Shown in pieces: positions 52,971-63,266 of a DNA stretch of 64,000 nucleotides (the first letter of the stretch is position 1; each line of letters starts with the position of its first letter). The stretch comes from Eubacteriales bacterium (GTDB lineage Bacteria > Bacillota > Clostridia > Oscillospirales > CAG-382): positions 65,476 through 129,475 of the forward strand of contig JAZSRP010000049.1 in the NCBI GenBank assembly GCA_045538555.1, written 5' to 3'. The translations under genes and the position numbers were made by a program. The notes beneath the pieces were generated by a model. The model was not told the DNA's origin and did no database searches. It saw only the letters and a list, made by a program, of their open reading frames with translations.

Positions 52971-54146
52971 ATGCTGAAAGGCACTGTTCAAAACAAAAAT
53001 GGTATGTTTTACACCGTAATAAGCTACGAAGATGAAAACGGTAAACGAAAACAGAAGTGGGAAAAGACCGGATTAGCCGTCAAGGGAAACAAGCGTAGAG
53101 CTGAGGAGCTTTTAAGACAACGCTTGGAAGAATTTGAACTGTTGCAAAAACAGCCACCAGATGAAGAAACTAAAAAAGACATAGCGTTTTCAAAGTTTAT
53201 GTCAAACTGGTTGGCGATGGTTAAATGCTCGATTGAGATTACAACCTTCGGTAGTTATCAATATTTCATCGAGAAGCGCATTAATCCTTACTTCGACAAA
53301 TTGGGTATGACGCTACAAAAAATCAAAACCAGCGACATTCAGGAGTATTACAACACGATGCTCGGCAAAGGAACAAAGTGGAATTCGGTTGTTAAACATC
53401 ATGCGGTCATTCACAAGGCGCTTGATTACGCAGTGAAAATGGAGTATATACCTTTTAATCCTGCGGCTCGTATTGAAACGCCTAAGAAACAGAAGTATAT
53501 CGGTGATTACTATAATCAAGATGAACTTAACCAACTGTTTTCAGTCATTAAAGGCGATACGGCAGAGGTTGCGATAGTTCTTGCTGCGTATTACGGTTTA
53601 AGACGGAGTGAAGTTCTTGGCATCAAATGGAGCGCAATCGATTTTAAGGAAAAGACTATCTGTATTAAACATACCGTCTGCAAAACACAGATCAATGGAG
53701 AAGACGTGATAATTGCGAAAGATAGGACAAAGAATAAGTCGAGCATAAGAACTTTGCCGTTGATTCCTGCAATAGAAAAGCTTTTATTAGAAATCAAGAA
53801 AAAGCAGGAAGCAAACCGTAAAAAATGTAAAAAGGCTTATTGTAAAGAGTATGTTGACTATGTCTGTGTTGACAGTATGGGTGTGAGGTTAAAACCCGAT
53901 TATTTAACACAACACTTGCAACACATTTTAAAGAAATATAAATTGAAACATATTCGATTTCACGATCTCAGACATAGCTGTGCGAGCTTGTTGTTGGCAA
54001 ATGGTATATCGCTGAAAGAAATTCAAGATTGGTTAGGTCATTCGGATTTCAGTACAACGGCAAATATTTATGGACATTTGGATTACGGTGCAAAATTGAA
54101 ATCAGCAGGGAAGATTGCAGAAATGCTTACCATTGATAATGATTAA
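52971..54146 (+). CDS. int: tyrosine-type site-specific integrase
   Basis: 391 aa. Catalytic Arg in GLRRSEVLGIKW, HDLRHSCASLL (HxxR), and LGHSDFSTTANIYGHL (His and Tyr). The N-terminal arm-binding-like domain is intact. Confidence 0.93.
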   Translation: MLKGTVQNKNGMFYTVISYEDENGKRKQKWEKTGLAVKGNKRRAEELLRQRLEEFELLQKQPPDEETKKDIAFSKFMSNWLAMVKCSIEITTFGSYQYFIEKRINPYFDKLGMTLQKIKTSDIQEYYNTMLGKGTKWNSVVKHHAVIHKALDYAVKMEYIPFNPAARIETPKKQKYIGDYYNQDELNQLFSVIKGDTAEVAIVLAAYYGLRRSEVLGIKWSAIDFKEKTICIKHTVCKTQINGEDVIIAKDRTKNKSSIRTLPLIPAIEKLLLEIKKKQEANRKKCKKAYCKEYVDYVCVDSMGVRLKPDYLTQHLQHILKKYKLKHIRFHDLRHSCASLLLANGISLKEIQDWLGHSDFSTTANIYGHLDYGAKLKSAGKIAEMLTIDND

Positions 54147-54250
54147 AAAGAAAACGGACGGAGTTATCCGTCCGATACATAGGTTTTTCTAACAAAATTC
54201 TAACAGGATTTTTGGCTTTTGTTACTGTTGTGGATAAGATGACAAAAAGT

Positions 54251-54279
54251 CGAAAGTCCTTGCAATGCAAGGACTTTCG
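54251..54279. terminator. 14-bp palindromic hairpin serving as terminator for tRNA-Leu (and int)
   Basis: CGAAAGTCCTTGCA (54251-54264) pairs with TGCAAGGACTTTCG (54266-54279). The minus strand has a T-run after the stem. Confidence 0.75.
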
Positions 54280-54280
54280 G

Positions 54281-54334
54281 TGGTGCGGGTGACAGGACTT
54301 GAACCTGCACAACATTGCTGCCACTAGAACCTGA
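54281..54334. repeat. attR-like direct repeat (3' 54 nt of the functional tRNA-Leu)
   Basis: Matches 34925-34978 at 53 of 54 positions. Confidence 0.9.
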
Positions 54335-54367
54335 ATCTAGCGCGTCTGCCAATTCCGCCACACCCGC
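54281..54367 (-). tRNA. tRNA-Leu (anticodon CAG), type II with long variable arm, CCA encoded
   Basis: Reverse complement is GCGGGTG-T-GGCGGAATTGGCAGACGCGC-TAGATTCAGGTTCTA-GTGGCAGCAATGTTGTGC-AGGTTCAAGTCCTGT-CACCCGC-ACCA. This is 87 nt and folds as a cloverleaf with anticodon loop TTCAGGT. Confidence 0.92.
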
Positions 54368-54400
54368 ATAAAAAGTGTCTGTCTGTTTGGCAGCTTGAGT

Positions 54401-54430
54401 ATTTTAACCCAACGGGGGGGTATTTGTCAA
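54401..54430 (-). promoter_or_regulatory. sigma-70-like promoter for tRNA-Leu
   Basis: Minus strand: TTGACA (54430-54425), 18 nt, TAAAAT (54406-54401). Confidence 0.5.
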
Positions 54431-54503
54431 GAGGGTTTTGGCATATTTTTTGCGTTTTCAAAAAAACATCACCCTGCGGTTATACAGGGTGATGAAAAAA
54501 TCG

Positions 54504-55481
54504 TCACAGATTTGACGCGGGAATAAAGGAAACCAATATTCCGTGAAGCACGTAGCGCTGAGATTTGTCAGAGCTGACGTTTGCACAGGTGATGAGGGTG
54601 CACACTCTTGAGTTTGCGCTGTAATCTCTGCCGCAACGCAGGGTATCCTTTGATTTGATCAGCTTGAGCCAGTCTGTAAACACTGTGTCACTGGAAAATG
54701 TTCCTTTTAGATAAAAAACGTCGTTTGAACGATAACCGCTGAATACCTTGTAGATGTACAGTCCGTCAGGAGTGTATATCTCAATGTTCATATCCTTTGC
54801 AAGTGTATAGCGGTTTGCACTTTCCATAAAAGTCTTGAGAGTGCGGAACATAGAACCGTTTTTCATGCAGTGACCGTATATGACGTTGTTCAGGTTAGCA
54901 TCATAGGTGTCGGACATGAATGAGTCTGCAAAAATGCTTCCTGCAGCGGTCTCTTTGCCGTTGAAATCGTGGTCGAGGTAATAATCATTGTCGTCGCATT
55001 TCATGACCGGATAATCAATTTTTGTGCCGTCAACGTAGATCCACGCATAAACGTTGTCGTATTTATTTTTGAAATACTTGAAATTGTGAAAATAATTGCT
55101 TCTTCTGTTGGGATCGGCAGTGGCAACGTCCTCTCCCACGTAGTCCTGATATTCACCGTCAGAGTCCATCATCTGCTCCAGGGTATACATATCAAGCGGT
55201 TCGGGCAGGGGAGCGGCCTTTTTTACCTCAGACTCAAAATTCTCGGGACGGATGCTGCTGTAGAGCTCCTCGTTTACGTTGGTCTCTACCGCACGGCTTG
55301 CGATCATAAATACGGAATAGCCAAAAATTCCGATGCACAAAGCGATGAGAAAACAACGCAGCAAAAGCCCTGTAATATCCGGTTTTTTGTTTGCACGATG
55401 GTTGTTTTCAAGATCCTTTGACGAAAAATCGGCCACAGAATCCAAAAAACGGTCATGATGCTTTCCGTCGAAAACGCTCAT
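54504..55481 (-). CDS. srtB: class B sortase
   Basis: N-terminal TM anchor, then WIYVDGTKIDYPVMKCDDNDYYLDHDFNGK...AGSIFAD, VIYGHCMKNGSMF and the catalytic TLITC motif. Confidence 0.88.
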   Translation of the reverse strand: MSVFDGKHHDRFLDSVADFSSKDLENNHRANKKPDITGLLLRCFLIALCIGIFGYSVFMIASRAVETNVNEELYSSIRPENFESEVKKAAPLPEPLDMYTLEQMMDSDGEYQDYVGEDVATADPNRRSNYFHNFKYFKNKYDNVYAWIYVDGTKIDYPVMKCDDNDYYLDHDFNGKETAAGSIFADSFMSDTYDANLNNVIYGHCMKNGSMFRTLKTFMESANRYTLAKDMNIEIYTPDGLYIYKVFSGYRSNDVFYLKGTFSSDTVFTDWLKLIKSKDTLRCGRDYSANSRVCTLITCANVSSDKSQRYVLHGILVSFIPASNL

Positions 55482-55670
55482 ATCGGCACCTCCCTTGAAA
55501 ACAGTATATACATATTACACCGAAAAATCAATATTGATGAACACAAATTTCAAAAAACGTTACAAATCGCACCAAATCACGGCAAATTTGGGAAAAACAG
55601 TTGACTTTTTTTGAAATAATATTAAAATGTAAAATAGTATTTTATGATTATTTGGAGGAACAAAAGCATT

Positions 55671-56957
55671 ATGGCTTCCATCAAAGCAAAGGAAATCGAA
55701 AAAAACAAATTTGAATTTGAGTTTCTTATCGAGAAAGAAGTTTTTGACGCAGAGACCGCCAAGGTTTATCGCAAAAACGTTTCAAAAATGAATATTCCCG
55801 GCTTCAGAAAGGGAAAAGCTCCCAGACACATTGTTGAAAAAATGTACGGCTCCGCTGTTTTCTATGATGAGGCGATCGACAATCTTCTTCCCTCCGCATA
55901 TGAAAAGGCACTTGCAGACACAAAGCTTGACAGCGTCAGCCGTCCTGAGATCGATCTGGTTTCCATCGATGACAAGGGCGTTACCCTCAAGGCGGCAATT
56001 TTTATAAAACCCGAAGTTGAGATCTCCGCATACAAGGGACTTGAGGTGGAGAGAGACGAGATCACTGTTACCGATGAGGACGTGGATCAGGACATCAATG
56101 CAGCCAGAGAGCGCAACTCTCGTATGGTTACGGTTGAGGGCAGACCTGCACAGGACGGCGACCAGGCGATTATTGATTTTGAGGGATTCCTTGACGGTGT
56201 AGCATTTGAGGGCGGCAAGGCAGAAAAATATGCGCTCAATCTTGGCAGCGGCAGCTTTATTCCCGGTTTTGAGGATCAGATTATCGGCAAAGAGGCGGGC
56301 GCACAGTTTGATATCAACGTCAGATTCCCCGATGATTACGGCGCTGAGAACCTTGCCGGTAAGGACGTTGTGTTCAAGATCAATCTCCACGAGCTCAAAG
56401 TAAAAGAGCTTCCCGAGCTTGACGATGAATTTGTAAAAGACGTTTCCGAGTTTGATACCGTCGATGAATACAAAGCAGACATCAAGGCAAAAATCACTGA
56501 GCGTCGCGAAAAAGCTGCAGACGGAAAGGTTGAGCAGGCGCTTGTTGATGCACTTCTTGCCAACACCGCCGTTGAGATCCCCGCTTGCATGATTGAAACC
56601 GAGATCGACGGATATATCCGTGATTATGATTACCGTCTCCAGTCTCAGGGCGGCAATCTTGATATGTACTTCCAGTACACCGGCATGACCATGGAGCAGC
56701 TCAGAGAGCAGTTCAAGGATCAGGCGGAAAAGCAGGTCAAGACCCGTCTTGCACTTGAAAAGGTTGCCAAGCTTGAAAAGCTCAAGGCACTGAAAAAAGA
56801 TATGGAAGCTGAATATAAAAAGATCTCTTCCGCCTATAATGTAGATGTTGAGACCGTTAAGAGCAGCATTCCCGAGTCAAGCATCAGCGAGGATATCATT
56901 ATCCGCAAAGCGATTGAACTTGTAAAAGAGAATGCAGTTATCAAACAGAAAGGTTGA
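55671..56957 (+). CDS. tig: trigger factor
   Basis: Trimmed to [16 protein letters not shown] with GGAGG upstream. Contains the GFRKGKAP ribosome-binding motif and an FKBP-like middle domain. Confidence 0.95.
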   Translation: MASIKAKEIEKNKFEFEFLIEKEVFDAETAKVYRKNVSKMNIPGFRKGKAPRHIVEKMYGSAVFYDEAIDNLLPSAYEKALADTKLDSVSRPEIDLVSIDDKGVTLKAAIFIKPEVEISAYKGLEVERDEITVTDEDVDQDINAARERNSRMVTVEGRPAQDGDQAIIDFEGFLDGVAFEGGKAEKYALNLGSGSFIPGFEDQIIGKEAGAQFDINVRFPDDYGAENLAGKDVVFKINLHELKVKELPELDDEFVKDVSEFDTVDEYKADIKAKITERREKAADGKVEQALVDALLANTAVEIPACMIETEIDGYIRDYDYRLQSQGGNLDMYFQYTGMTMEQLREQFKDQAEKQVKTRLALEKVAKLEKLKALKKDMEAEYKKISSAYNVDVETVKSSIPESSISEDIIIRKAIELVKENAVIKQKG

Positions 56958-56964
56958 TGTTTTT

Positions 56965-57555
56965 ATGTCTTTGGTCCCGATGGTAGTAGAGCAGACCTCA
57001 AGAGGGGAGAGGTCGTATGACATATTTTCCCGCCTGCTCAATGACAGGATCGTGTTTATAGGAGAACCCATCACAGACACAGTTGCATCATTGGTGGTTG
57101 CTCAGCTGTTGTATCTTGAGAGTCAGGATCCGGAAAAAGAGATAGCTTTGTATATCAACTCTCCGGGCGGCTCTGTTACGGCAGGAATGGCTATCTATGA
57201 CACAATGAAATTCATCAAGTGTCCCGTCAGCACCATCTGTATCGGAATGTGCGCCAGCATGGCGGCCGTTTTGCTTGCCTGTGGTGACAAGGGAAAAAGG
57301 ATCGCGCTTCCTCACTCAAGGATCATGATCCACCAGCCCCTTATCAACGGACATTTTCAGGACCAGACCACAAACCTTGAGATCGAGGCGGATCAACTTA
57401 AAAAGACCCGTCATATGCTCAATGAGCTTCTTTCCGATGCAACAGGCAAGAGCTTGGAGCAGATCGAGAAAGATACCGACCGCAACAACTATATGGATGC
57501 GGTAACAGCCATGGAATATGGGCTGGTTGACAGAGTTCTTGAGAAAAGAGATTGA
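56965..57555 (+). CDS. clpP: ATP-dependent Clp protease proteolytic subunit
   Basis: Trimmed to [25 protein letters not shown]. The catalytic Ser is in GMCASMAA and the His in IMIHQP. Confidence 0.95.
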   Translation: MSLVPMVVEQTSRGERSYDIFSRLLNDRIVFIGEPITDTVASLVVAQLLYLESQDPEKEIALYINSPGGSVTAGMAIYDTMKFIKCPVSTICIGMCASMAAVLLACGDKGKRIALPHSRIMIHQPLINGHFQDQTTNLEIEADQLKKTRHMLNELLSDATGKSLEQIEKDTDRNNYMDAVTAMEYGLVDRVLEKRD

Positions 57556-57564
57556 CGTATAATT

Positions 57565-58800
57565 ATGGCAAACGAAAAAAAGATCTGCGGCTTTTGCGGC
57601 AGACCCTCTGCGGAGGTGACGCGGCTCTCTGTTCACGGCAACCTCATTGATTTTTGTGACGAGTGCCTTGATTTGTGCTGTGACATTTCTGAAATTTATG
57701 CCCAAAGTCTGGCGACTGCTGAGGATGCAGAAGCCGCTGAAGATATGGGAGTCATTGCTCTTCCTGCGCCAAAAAGCATCAAGGAGGAGCTTGACAAGCA
57801 TGTTATCGGGCAGGAGGATGCAAAAAAAGTCCTCTCGGTAGCGATATACAACCATTACAAGCGCATCAATGCTCTTTCACAAAAAAAGGACGGCGCGGAT
57901 GATACCGACGACGTGGAGCTGGGAAAAAGCAACGTGCTTTTGCTTGGCCCAACCGGTGTGGGAAAAACACTCCTTGCCCAGACACTTGCCAAAATGCTGG
58001 ATGTCCCCTTTGCGATTGCGGACGCCACCACGCTTACAGAGGCGGGCTACGTGGGCGAAGATGTGGAAAATATTCTTCTTCGCCTGATACAGGCAGCCGA
58101 CTTTGACGTAAAAAAAGCAGAGAGAGGCATTATTTATATCGACGAGATCGACAAGATCTCCCGCAAGAGCGAGAACCGATCCATCACCCGTGATGTGTCG
58201 GGTGAGGGTGTTCAGCAGGCGCTCCTCAAAATCATCGAGGGCACAGTGTCCAACGTTCCGCCTCAGGGTGGACGCAAGCACCCCAACCAGGAGTTCATTC
58301 AGATCGATACAACAAATATTCTGTTTATCTGCGGCGGCGCATTTGACGGCCTCCGCGAGGTGGTGGAAAACCGACTGGGCAGACAGACCGTGGGTTATAA
58401 TGCGCCCATAGTGTCCGGCAAAGAAAAGGATTCTTACAAGGATCTGAAAAAGGTCACCCAGCAGGATATCATAAAATACGGACTGATCCCCGAGCTTGTA
58501 GGCAGAATACCTGTTGTGGTGTCCCTTGAACCGCTGGACAAGGAAGCATTGATCCGTATTCTCAAGGAACCCAAAAATGCTCTTGTAAAGCAGTACCAAA
58601 AGCTTTTTGCGCTTGACGGAGTGGAGCTTGTGTTTGAAGATGATGCCATTGAGGCCATTGCGGAAAAGGCCGTTGAGCTAAAGAGCGGTGCCCGCGGACT
58701 TCGATCCATTGCTGAGGGGCTGATGACGGAGTTTATGTATGAAATTCCGTCTGACAAGAGCAAAAAACGCCTTGTTATCACTCGAGATATGATTGCCTGA
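57565..58800 (+). CDS. clpX: ATP-dependent Clp protease ATP-binding subunit ClpX
   Basis: N-terminal zinc-binding CGFCGR...CDEC, Walker A GPTGVGKT, and IYIDEIDKI. Confidence 0.95.
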   Translation: MANEKKICGFCGRPSAEVTRLSVHGNLIDFCDECLDLCCDISEIYAQSLATAEDAEAAEDMGVIALPAPKSIKEELDKHVIGQEDAKKVLSVAIYNHYKRINALSQKKDGADDTDDVELGKSNVLLLGPTGVGKTLLAQTLAKMLDVPFAIADATTLTEAGYVGEDVENILLRLIQAADFDVKKAERGIIYIDEIDKISRKSENRSITRDVSGEGVQQALLKIIEGTVSNVPPQGGRKHPNQEFIQIDTTNILFICGGAFDGLREVVENRLGRQTVGYNAPIVSGKEKDSYKDLKKVTQQDIIKYGLIPELVGRIPVVVSLEPLDKEALIRILKEPKNALVKQYQKLFALDGVELVFEDDAIEAIAEKAVELKSGARGLRSIAEGLMTEFMYEIPSDKSKKRLVITRDMIA

Positions 58801-58858
58801 GCCGTTACGGACGGGCTTATGGCAAAAAAATATTACACAGTCCGAAAAAGGAGAAAAA

Positions 58859-59752
58859 ATGACAGCAATCATTCTTGCCGCAGGACTTGGCAGCCGTTAC
58901 GGCGGACTCAAGCAGATAGACCCTGTGGGCAAACATGGTGAGTTTATTATTGACTATTCGGTTTATGACTGCATCAGGGCCGGCTTTGACAGAGTGGTTT
59001 TTATTATCAAGGAGGAGCATCTTGAGTCCTTTGAGGAGACCATCGGAGCCCGTGTCGGCGACAGAATAAAAATCGAGTATGCATTCCAAAATCCCGAGGA
59101 TCTTCCCGACGGATTTTCTCTCCCCGCAGACCGCACAAAACCCTGGGGAACTGCTCATGCGCTGCGTTCCTGCCGAAATATCGTTCACGACAGTTTTGTT
59201 ATTTTCAACGCTGATGATTTTTATGGCTACGAGACTTTCAAAAATATGCATGACAGTCTCTCGCAGGTCAACTCCAAGCTTTATACAATGCCCGGCTACC
59301 TTTTGTCAAATACCCTTTCTGAGAACGGCCATGTGGCAAGAGGCGTATGCGTGACAGAAAACGGTATGGTCAAGGGCATAAGAGAACTCAAGCAGATCAT
59401 GCGTGTTGACGGTGTCACAAAATATTGTGAGAACGACGTGTGGAGCGAGATCGATGAGAATTCTCCCGTGTCCATGAATTTCTGGGGCTTCACTCCCGAT
59501 ATTTTTGGATATGTTGAGGAGGGCTTTGCCGATTTTCTCCGCAGCCCCGATATCGATTTGACAAAAGAAGAGTATTATATTCCCAACGTCATTGACACCG
59601 GTGTGAGAGCAGGGGATTTTGAGGTAAAGGTCGTGGAGACAAACGCCCGCTGGATGGGTGTTACATACAGCAGCGACAAGCCGCTGTTCCTTGAGTTTTT
59701 GCAATCAAAAATCGATTGCGGCGAGTACCCCGAAAACCTCTGGGGAAATTAA
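58859..59752 (+). CDS. sugar-phosphate nucleotidyltransferase family protein
   Basis: Trimmed to MTAIILAAGLGSRYGGLKQ (the G-x-G-x-R NTP-transferase loop) with GGAG upstream. Confidence 0.8.
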   Translation: MTAIILAAGLGSRYGGLKQIDPVGKHGEFIIDYSVYDCIRAGFDRVVFIIKEEHLESFEETIGARVGDRIKIEYAFQNPEDLPDGFSLPADRTKPWGTAHALRSCRNIVHDSFVIFNADDFYGYETFKNMHDSLSQVNSKLYTMPGYLLSNTLSENGHVARGVCVTENGMVKGIRELKQIMRVDGVTKYCENDVWSEIDENSPVSMNFWGFTPDIFGYVEEGFADFLRSPDIDLTKEEYYIPNVIDTGVRAGDFEVKVVETNARWMGVTYSSDKPLFLEFLQSKIDCGEYPENLWGN

Positions 59753-59765
59753 ATAATCAAAGAAA

Positions 59766-59800
59766 TACCGCCCGATACGGATTCGGGCGGCATTTTTTTA
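59766..59800 (+). terminator. intrinsic terminator
   Basis: CCGCCCGA (59768-59775) pairs with TCGGGCGG (59783-59790), then TTTTTTT. Confidence 0.85.
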
Positions 59801-60925
59801 TTGATTTATGTTGATGTTGATTCCGTTGACTCTGATGTCGCCCTCGGCGCGGATAAGAATGTATTTTGTGCCGTCGATAACCCTTGTTTCCAAAAGATCG
59901 CTCTTGTCGGGAGCAACCTTGACGGATACGTCCGGAGTGTCAAGAGAGAATTTTTTTGTATCCACAATATTTTGCGGACATATACGGGCGCCTTCACCAA
60001 ATTCTTTTTCAAAGCTTTCGCCCATCTTTTCGGCGTTTTCCTTGCACATTCCCGAGGAATGGAAAAGTGTTACCACGTCATTCTTTTGAAACGTGAGGGG
60101 TTCATCCTCTTTGTTTGCCTTGTGGTCCTCCAGCAGATCGTGTATCTGTCCCTGCACGTTTTGTATCAGCTCCAAACCGCATTCTTCTCCGGAAACCGTG
60201 TTGAGCATGGCAGAAAACGCCTCGGTTTGCTCTTTGGCGGGACGTGGGATAGGTGTCTTGAAAAGTGCGTCAACAAGGTCGGAATGATTGTTTTCTACGC
60301 TCTGAGTGTAGTATAGAGCGGAGTAAATATCTGCGGTTCTGCCGGTGAATGCGGGAAACGTAAAACCGCAAACGGGACTGCATACGATGGAGTCGCGCAG
60401 GATGCTTCTGAACTTATTTTCGTGTACGTAATAGGAGAGAGCGGGCTTTGCTGATTTTATGGGACAGACGGCGCAGACGATGTAAGAAAACATCTCGGTA
60501 GATTCTTCTTTCTCGCCATCCTCGCTGTATGAAAAAACATCGTATTTGTCATTGGCAAGAAGTATAAGGTACGCTGATTCTACGTCAACGCTGTCGATGA
60601 CTTTTTTAAAAAAAGCGTTTGCCGAATCATTGTCAGAAAGAGAAGAATCCCGCAAGGAGGTCAAAAGCTTGTGCTCAACTCCCTCAAGCACCTGATCGTT
60701 GGAGAAAGAAATATCAATGAGGTTGCGTCCGATGCCTCCCGACAGTGTTTTTCTCAAAACTGCCAGCAGCTCCTCCGCCTCGCCCTCCGTGATCATTCCC
60801 AGCATCTGGTCAAACTGTGAGATGATCTCCTTTTTTTCATTGACACAGCAGCCGCGGATACGTCCGATATTGTTTTTTTCCGGGCGAAATCTTCTGCGAA
60901 TCTCTGCAATTTCTCTCTCGTTCAT
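59798..60925 (-). CDS. conserved hypothetical protein (DUF4317-like)
   Basis: Trimmed to MNEREIAEIRRRFRPEKNNIGRIRGCCVN with GGAGGG upstream. The family name is from memory of this N-terminal pattern. Confidence 0.6.
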   Translation of the reverse strand: MNEREIAEIRRRFRPEKNNIGRIRGCCVNEKKEIISQFDQMLGMITEGEAEELLAVLRKTLSGGIGRNLIDISFSNDQVLEGVEHKLLTSLRDSSLSDNDSANAFFKKVIDSVDVESAYLILLANDKYDVFSYSEDGEKEESTEMFSYIVCAVCPIKSAKPALSYYVHENKFRSILRDSIVCSPVCGFTFPAFTGRTADIYSALYYTQSVENNHSDLVDALFKTPIPRPAKEQTEAFSAMLNTVSGEECGLELIQNVQGQIHDLLEDHKANKEDEPLTFQKNDVVTLFHSSGMCKENAEKMGESFEKEFGEGARICPQNIVDTKKFSLDTPDVSVKVAPDKSDLLETRVIDGTKYILIRAEGDIRVNGINININQ

Positions 60926-61096
60926 GATACCCTCCTGTAAAAAAGTGATTTTGTATGTTTGAAATCTAATATACCGCTTTTTTCCTTTCGTGTCAAGAAC
61001 GACGGTGGAAAGAAATTTTTGTTTTCCGGTGTTGAAAATGCACAAAGAAAGTATAGACAAAGGAGAAAAAAACATTATGAAAAATCAAATCATTTC

Positions 61097-61126
61097 TTGA
61101 CTAAATATGTATATATATGGTATACT
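61097..61126 (+). promoter_or_regulatory. sigma-70-like promoter with extended -10
   Basis: TTGACT (61097-61102), 18 nt, TGgTATACT (61118-61126). Confidence 0.55.
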
Positions 61127-61133
61127 TGATTGT

Positions 61134-61206
61134 GTCTTTCGTGACTGGCGGAAACAGTGGTCGACCACAGGGGAGCGGAGGACAAATATGCCGACCGCCT
61201 GGGCAG
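61134..61206 (+). promoter_or_regulatory. ZTP (pfl motif) riboswitch
   Basis: GTCTTTC-GTGACTGGCGG-AAACAGTGGTCGACCACAGGGGAGC-GGAGGAC, a short linker, then GCCGACCGCCTGGGCA. It contains the conserved GACUGGCG, GGGGAGC and CCGCCUGGGCA blocks. P1 forms from GTCTTTC and GGAGGAC. It sits upstream of purE. Confidence 0.9.
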
Positions 61207-61245
61207 TTCTATTTTGCACACAATGGGATAGGACTGCTTTTTTTC
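61203..61245 (+). terminator. riboswitch expression-platform terminator
   Basis: GCAGTTCTAT (61203-61212) pairs with ATAGGACTGC (61228-61237), then TTTTTTTT. The 5' arm overlaps the GGGCA of the aptamer. Confidence 0.8.
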
Positions 61246-61269
61246 ATTCAAACGGACAGGAGAAAAACA

Positions 61270-61770
61270 ATGAGCAAAAAAGTTGCAATTATTATGGGAA
61301 GCGACAGTGATCTTCCCGTTGTTGAAAAGGCAATCAAAACCCTTTCTGATTTTTCCGTGCCCTGTGAGGTGCATGTTTTTTCAGCACACAGAACACCCGC
61401 TGAGGCAAGGGAGTTTGCTGTCACGGCAAGAGCCAACGGATTTGGCGTAATTATCTGCGCGGCGGGAAAAGCGGCGCATCTGGCAGGCGCATTTGCCGCC
61501 GGAACAACCATCCCCGTGATCGGCATTCCCATAAAATCATCAAATCTTGACGGCATTGATGCATTGCTTTCCACCGTGATGATGCCCTCGGGGATTCCCG
61601 TGGCAACAGTTGCGATAGACGGATCTGTCAATGCCGCTTTGCTTGCAATCCAGATACTTTCCGTTTCTGATGAGAATCTGGCAAAAAAACTTGATGATCA
61701 CCGTGCCGCCGCATCAAAAAAAGTGCTGGAAAAGAATGCGGAGATCACAAAAAAATACAGCACAGTATAA
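61270..61770 (+). CDS. purE: 5-(carboxyamino)imidazole ribonucleotide mutase
   Basis: Trimmed to MSKKVAIIMGSDSDLPV with AGGAG upstream. This is a typical PurE sequence. Confidence 0.93.
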   Translation: MSKKVAIIMGSDSDLPVVEKAIKTLSDFSVPCEVHVFSAHRTPAEAREFAVTARANGFGVIICAAGKAAHLAGAFAAGTTIPVIGIPIKSSNLDGIDALLSTVMMPSGIPVATVAIDGSVNAALLAIQILSVSDENLAKKLDDHRAAASKKVLEKNAEITKKYSTV

Positions 61771-61833
61771 TTTATTAAACAAAAAATCTGCCCATTAAGG
61801 GTATGTCTTATATATTTTTTTGGAGTAATTGTT

Positions 61834-63264
61834 ATGAGAAAAATTAACGAAGAATGCGGAGTATTTGGGATCTTTTCTCCCACCCGTGACATGCTTGCCG
61901 ATGACGTGTATTACGGTCTTTTTGCTCTCCAGCACAGAGGTCAGGAGAGCTGTGGGATCTCAGTCAATGATGACGGTGTTTTTACCACCTACAAAAACAG
62001 AGGCATAGTCAATGATGTTTTTACCCGTGAGCGCCTTGATTCCCTTGGCATGGGAAACATCGCAGTGGGACACGTGCGCTATGCTTCCAGCGGCACGGAG
62101 GGGAATGAAAATTCCCAGCCCACGGTCATCAACCATATAAAGGGCAGGATGGCAATAGCCCACAATGGTAATATAGTCAATTCATACAAGCTTCGTGAGG
62201 AGTTGGAGCTATGCGGATCCATTTTCCACACCTCCTCCGATACAGAAGTCATTGCTTATCTCATCACAAAAGAGCGTCTGGTGGCGCCTTCGATCGAGGA
62301 AGCGCTCAACCGTGCCATGAGCAGGATCGAGGGTGCGTTTTCGTTGGTTCTTATGTCACCCACAAAGCTTATTGCTGCAAGAGACGAGATGGGATTTCAT
62401 CCTCTTTGTATGGGAATGACAGAGAACGGATCATATGTGTTTGCATCGGAAACCTGTGCTCTTGATGCGGCAAACGCAAGGTTTTTGAGAGATCTTGAGC
62501 CGGGCGAGATAGTTGTTGTGGATAAAAACGGGATCAGAAGCATCAAGGACCATTGCAACAAAAAGCCAAAAAAACTTTGTGTTTTTGAGTATATTTACTT
62601 TGCACGTCCCGATTCTGTGGTTGACGGATGCTCGGTGCACAATGCCCGTCTCCGCGCAGGGGAGTTTTTGGCAGTGGATTCGCCCGTTGATGCAGACGTG
62701 GTCATAGGTGTTCCCGATTCGGGAATCGATGCCGCTATCGGCTACGCAAGAAGATCCGGAATCCCATACGGACTTGGATTTATCAAAAACAAATACATTG
62801 GCCGCACCTTTATTGCTCCCAACCAGAAGTATCGTGAAAACCGTGTCAGGATCAAGCTCAACCCCATTTCCGATACGGTAAAAGGTAAGCGTGTTGTGCT
62901 GATCGACGATTCCATCGTCAGGGGAACCACCAGCGCACGTATCGTCAAGCTTTTGCGAGAAGCAGGTGCCACAGAGGTTCATATGAGAGTTTCTGCACCT
63001 CCTTTTACAGATCCCTGTTATTACGGCACGGATATCGACTCAAAAGAGGTGCTTATTGCCAACAACCACACCGTGGCAGAAATTGCTGAAATCGTGGGAG
63101 TGGATTCGCTGGCATATCTCAGCTACCAACGTCTTGACGAGGTGGCAGCTCCCAACGGAGGATGCATCTGCACCTCCTGCTTTGACGGAAAATACCCCAC
63201 TTCCGTTCCTTCACACAACAAAAAATACAGATACGATAAAAAGATTTCGGAAAGCGAGGAATAA
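61834..63264 (+). CDS. purF: amidophosphoribosyltransferase
   Basis: [14 protein letters not shown] (N-terminal nucleophile Cys), a PRPP-binding [13 protein letters not shown] motif, and C-terminal Fe-S cysteines. Confidence 0.95.
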   Translation: MRKINEECGVFGIFSPTRDMLADDVYYGLFALQHRGQESCGISVNDDGVFTTYKNRGIVNDVFTRERLDSLGMGNIAVGHVRYASSGTEGNENSQPTVINHIKGRMAIAHNGNIVNSYKLREELELCGSIFHTSSDTEVIAYLITKERLVAPSIEEALNRAMSRIEGAFSLVLMSPTKLIAARDEMGFHPLCMGMTENGSYVFASETCALDAANARFLRDLEPGEIVVVDKNGIRSIKDHCNKKPKKLCVFEYIYFARPDSVVDGCSVHNARLRAGEFLAVDSPVDADVVIGVPDSGIDAAIGYARRSGIPYGLGFIKNKYIGRTFIAPNQKYRENRVRIKLNPISDTVKGKRVVLIDDSIVRGTTSARIVKLLREAGATEVHMRVSAPPFTDPCYYGTDIDSKEVLIANNHTVAEIAEIVGVDSLAYLSYQRLDEVAAPNGGCICTSCFDGKYPTSVPSHNKKYRYDKKISESEE

Positions 63265-63266
63265 AA

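Larger units (their letters stand above)
34925..54334. mobile_element. tRNA-Leu-integrated genomic island / integrative element (int and xis present; no phage structural, conjugation or relaxase genes recognised)
   Basis: 54-bp direct repeats at both ends. Intact tyrosine integrase and excisionase lie next to the intact tRNA. There is an abrupt shift to AT-rich sequence and A/T-ending codons between the repeats. Confidence 0.85.

Noticed and set aside
34925-54334. Prophage or ICE interpretation of the island
   Set aside because: I recognise no terminase, portal, capsid, tail or lysis genes, and no relaxase, coupling protein or T4SS genes. Only int and xis are recognisable mobility genes.
57316-57855. 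179-aa minus-strand ORF across the clpP/clpX junction
   Set aside because: It is antisense to two unambiguous housekeeping genes.
61097-61260. Purine (guanine/adenine) riboswitch upstream of purE
   Set aside because: The leader lacks the purine-aptamer three-way-junction consensus and matches the ZTP/pfl blocks instead.
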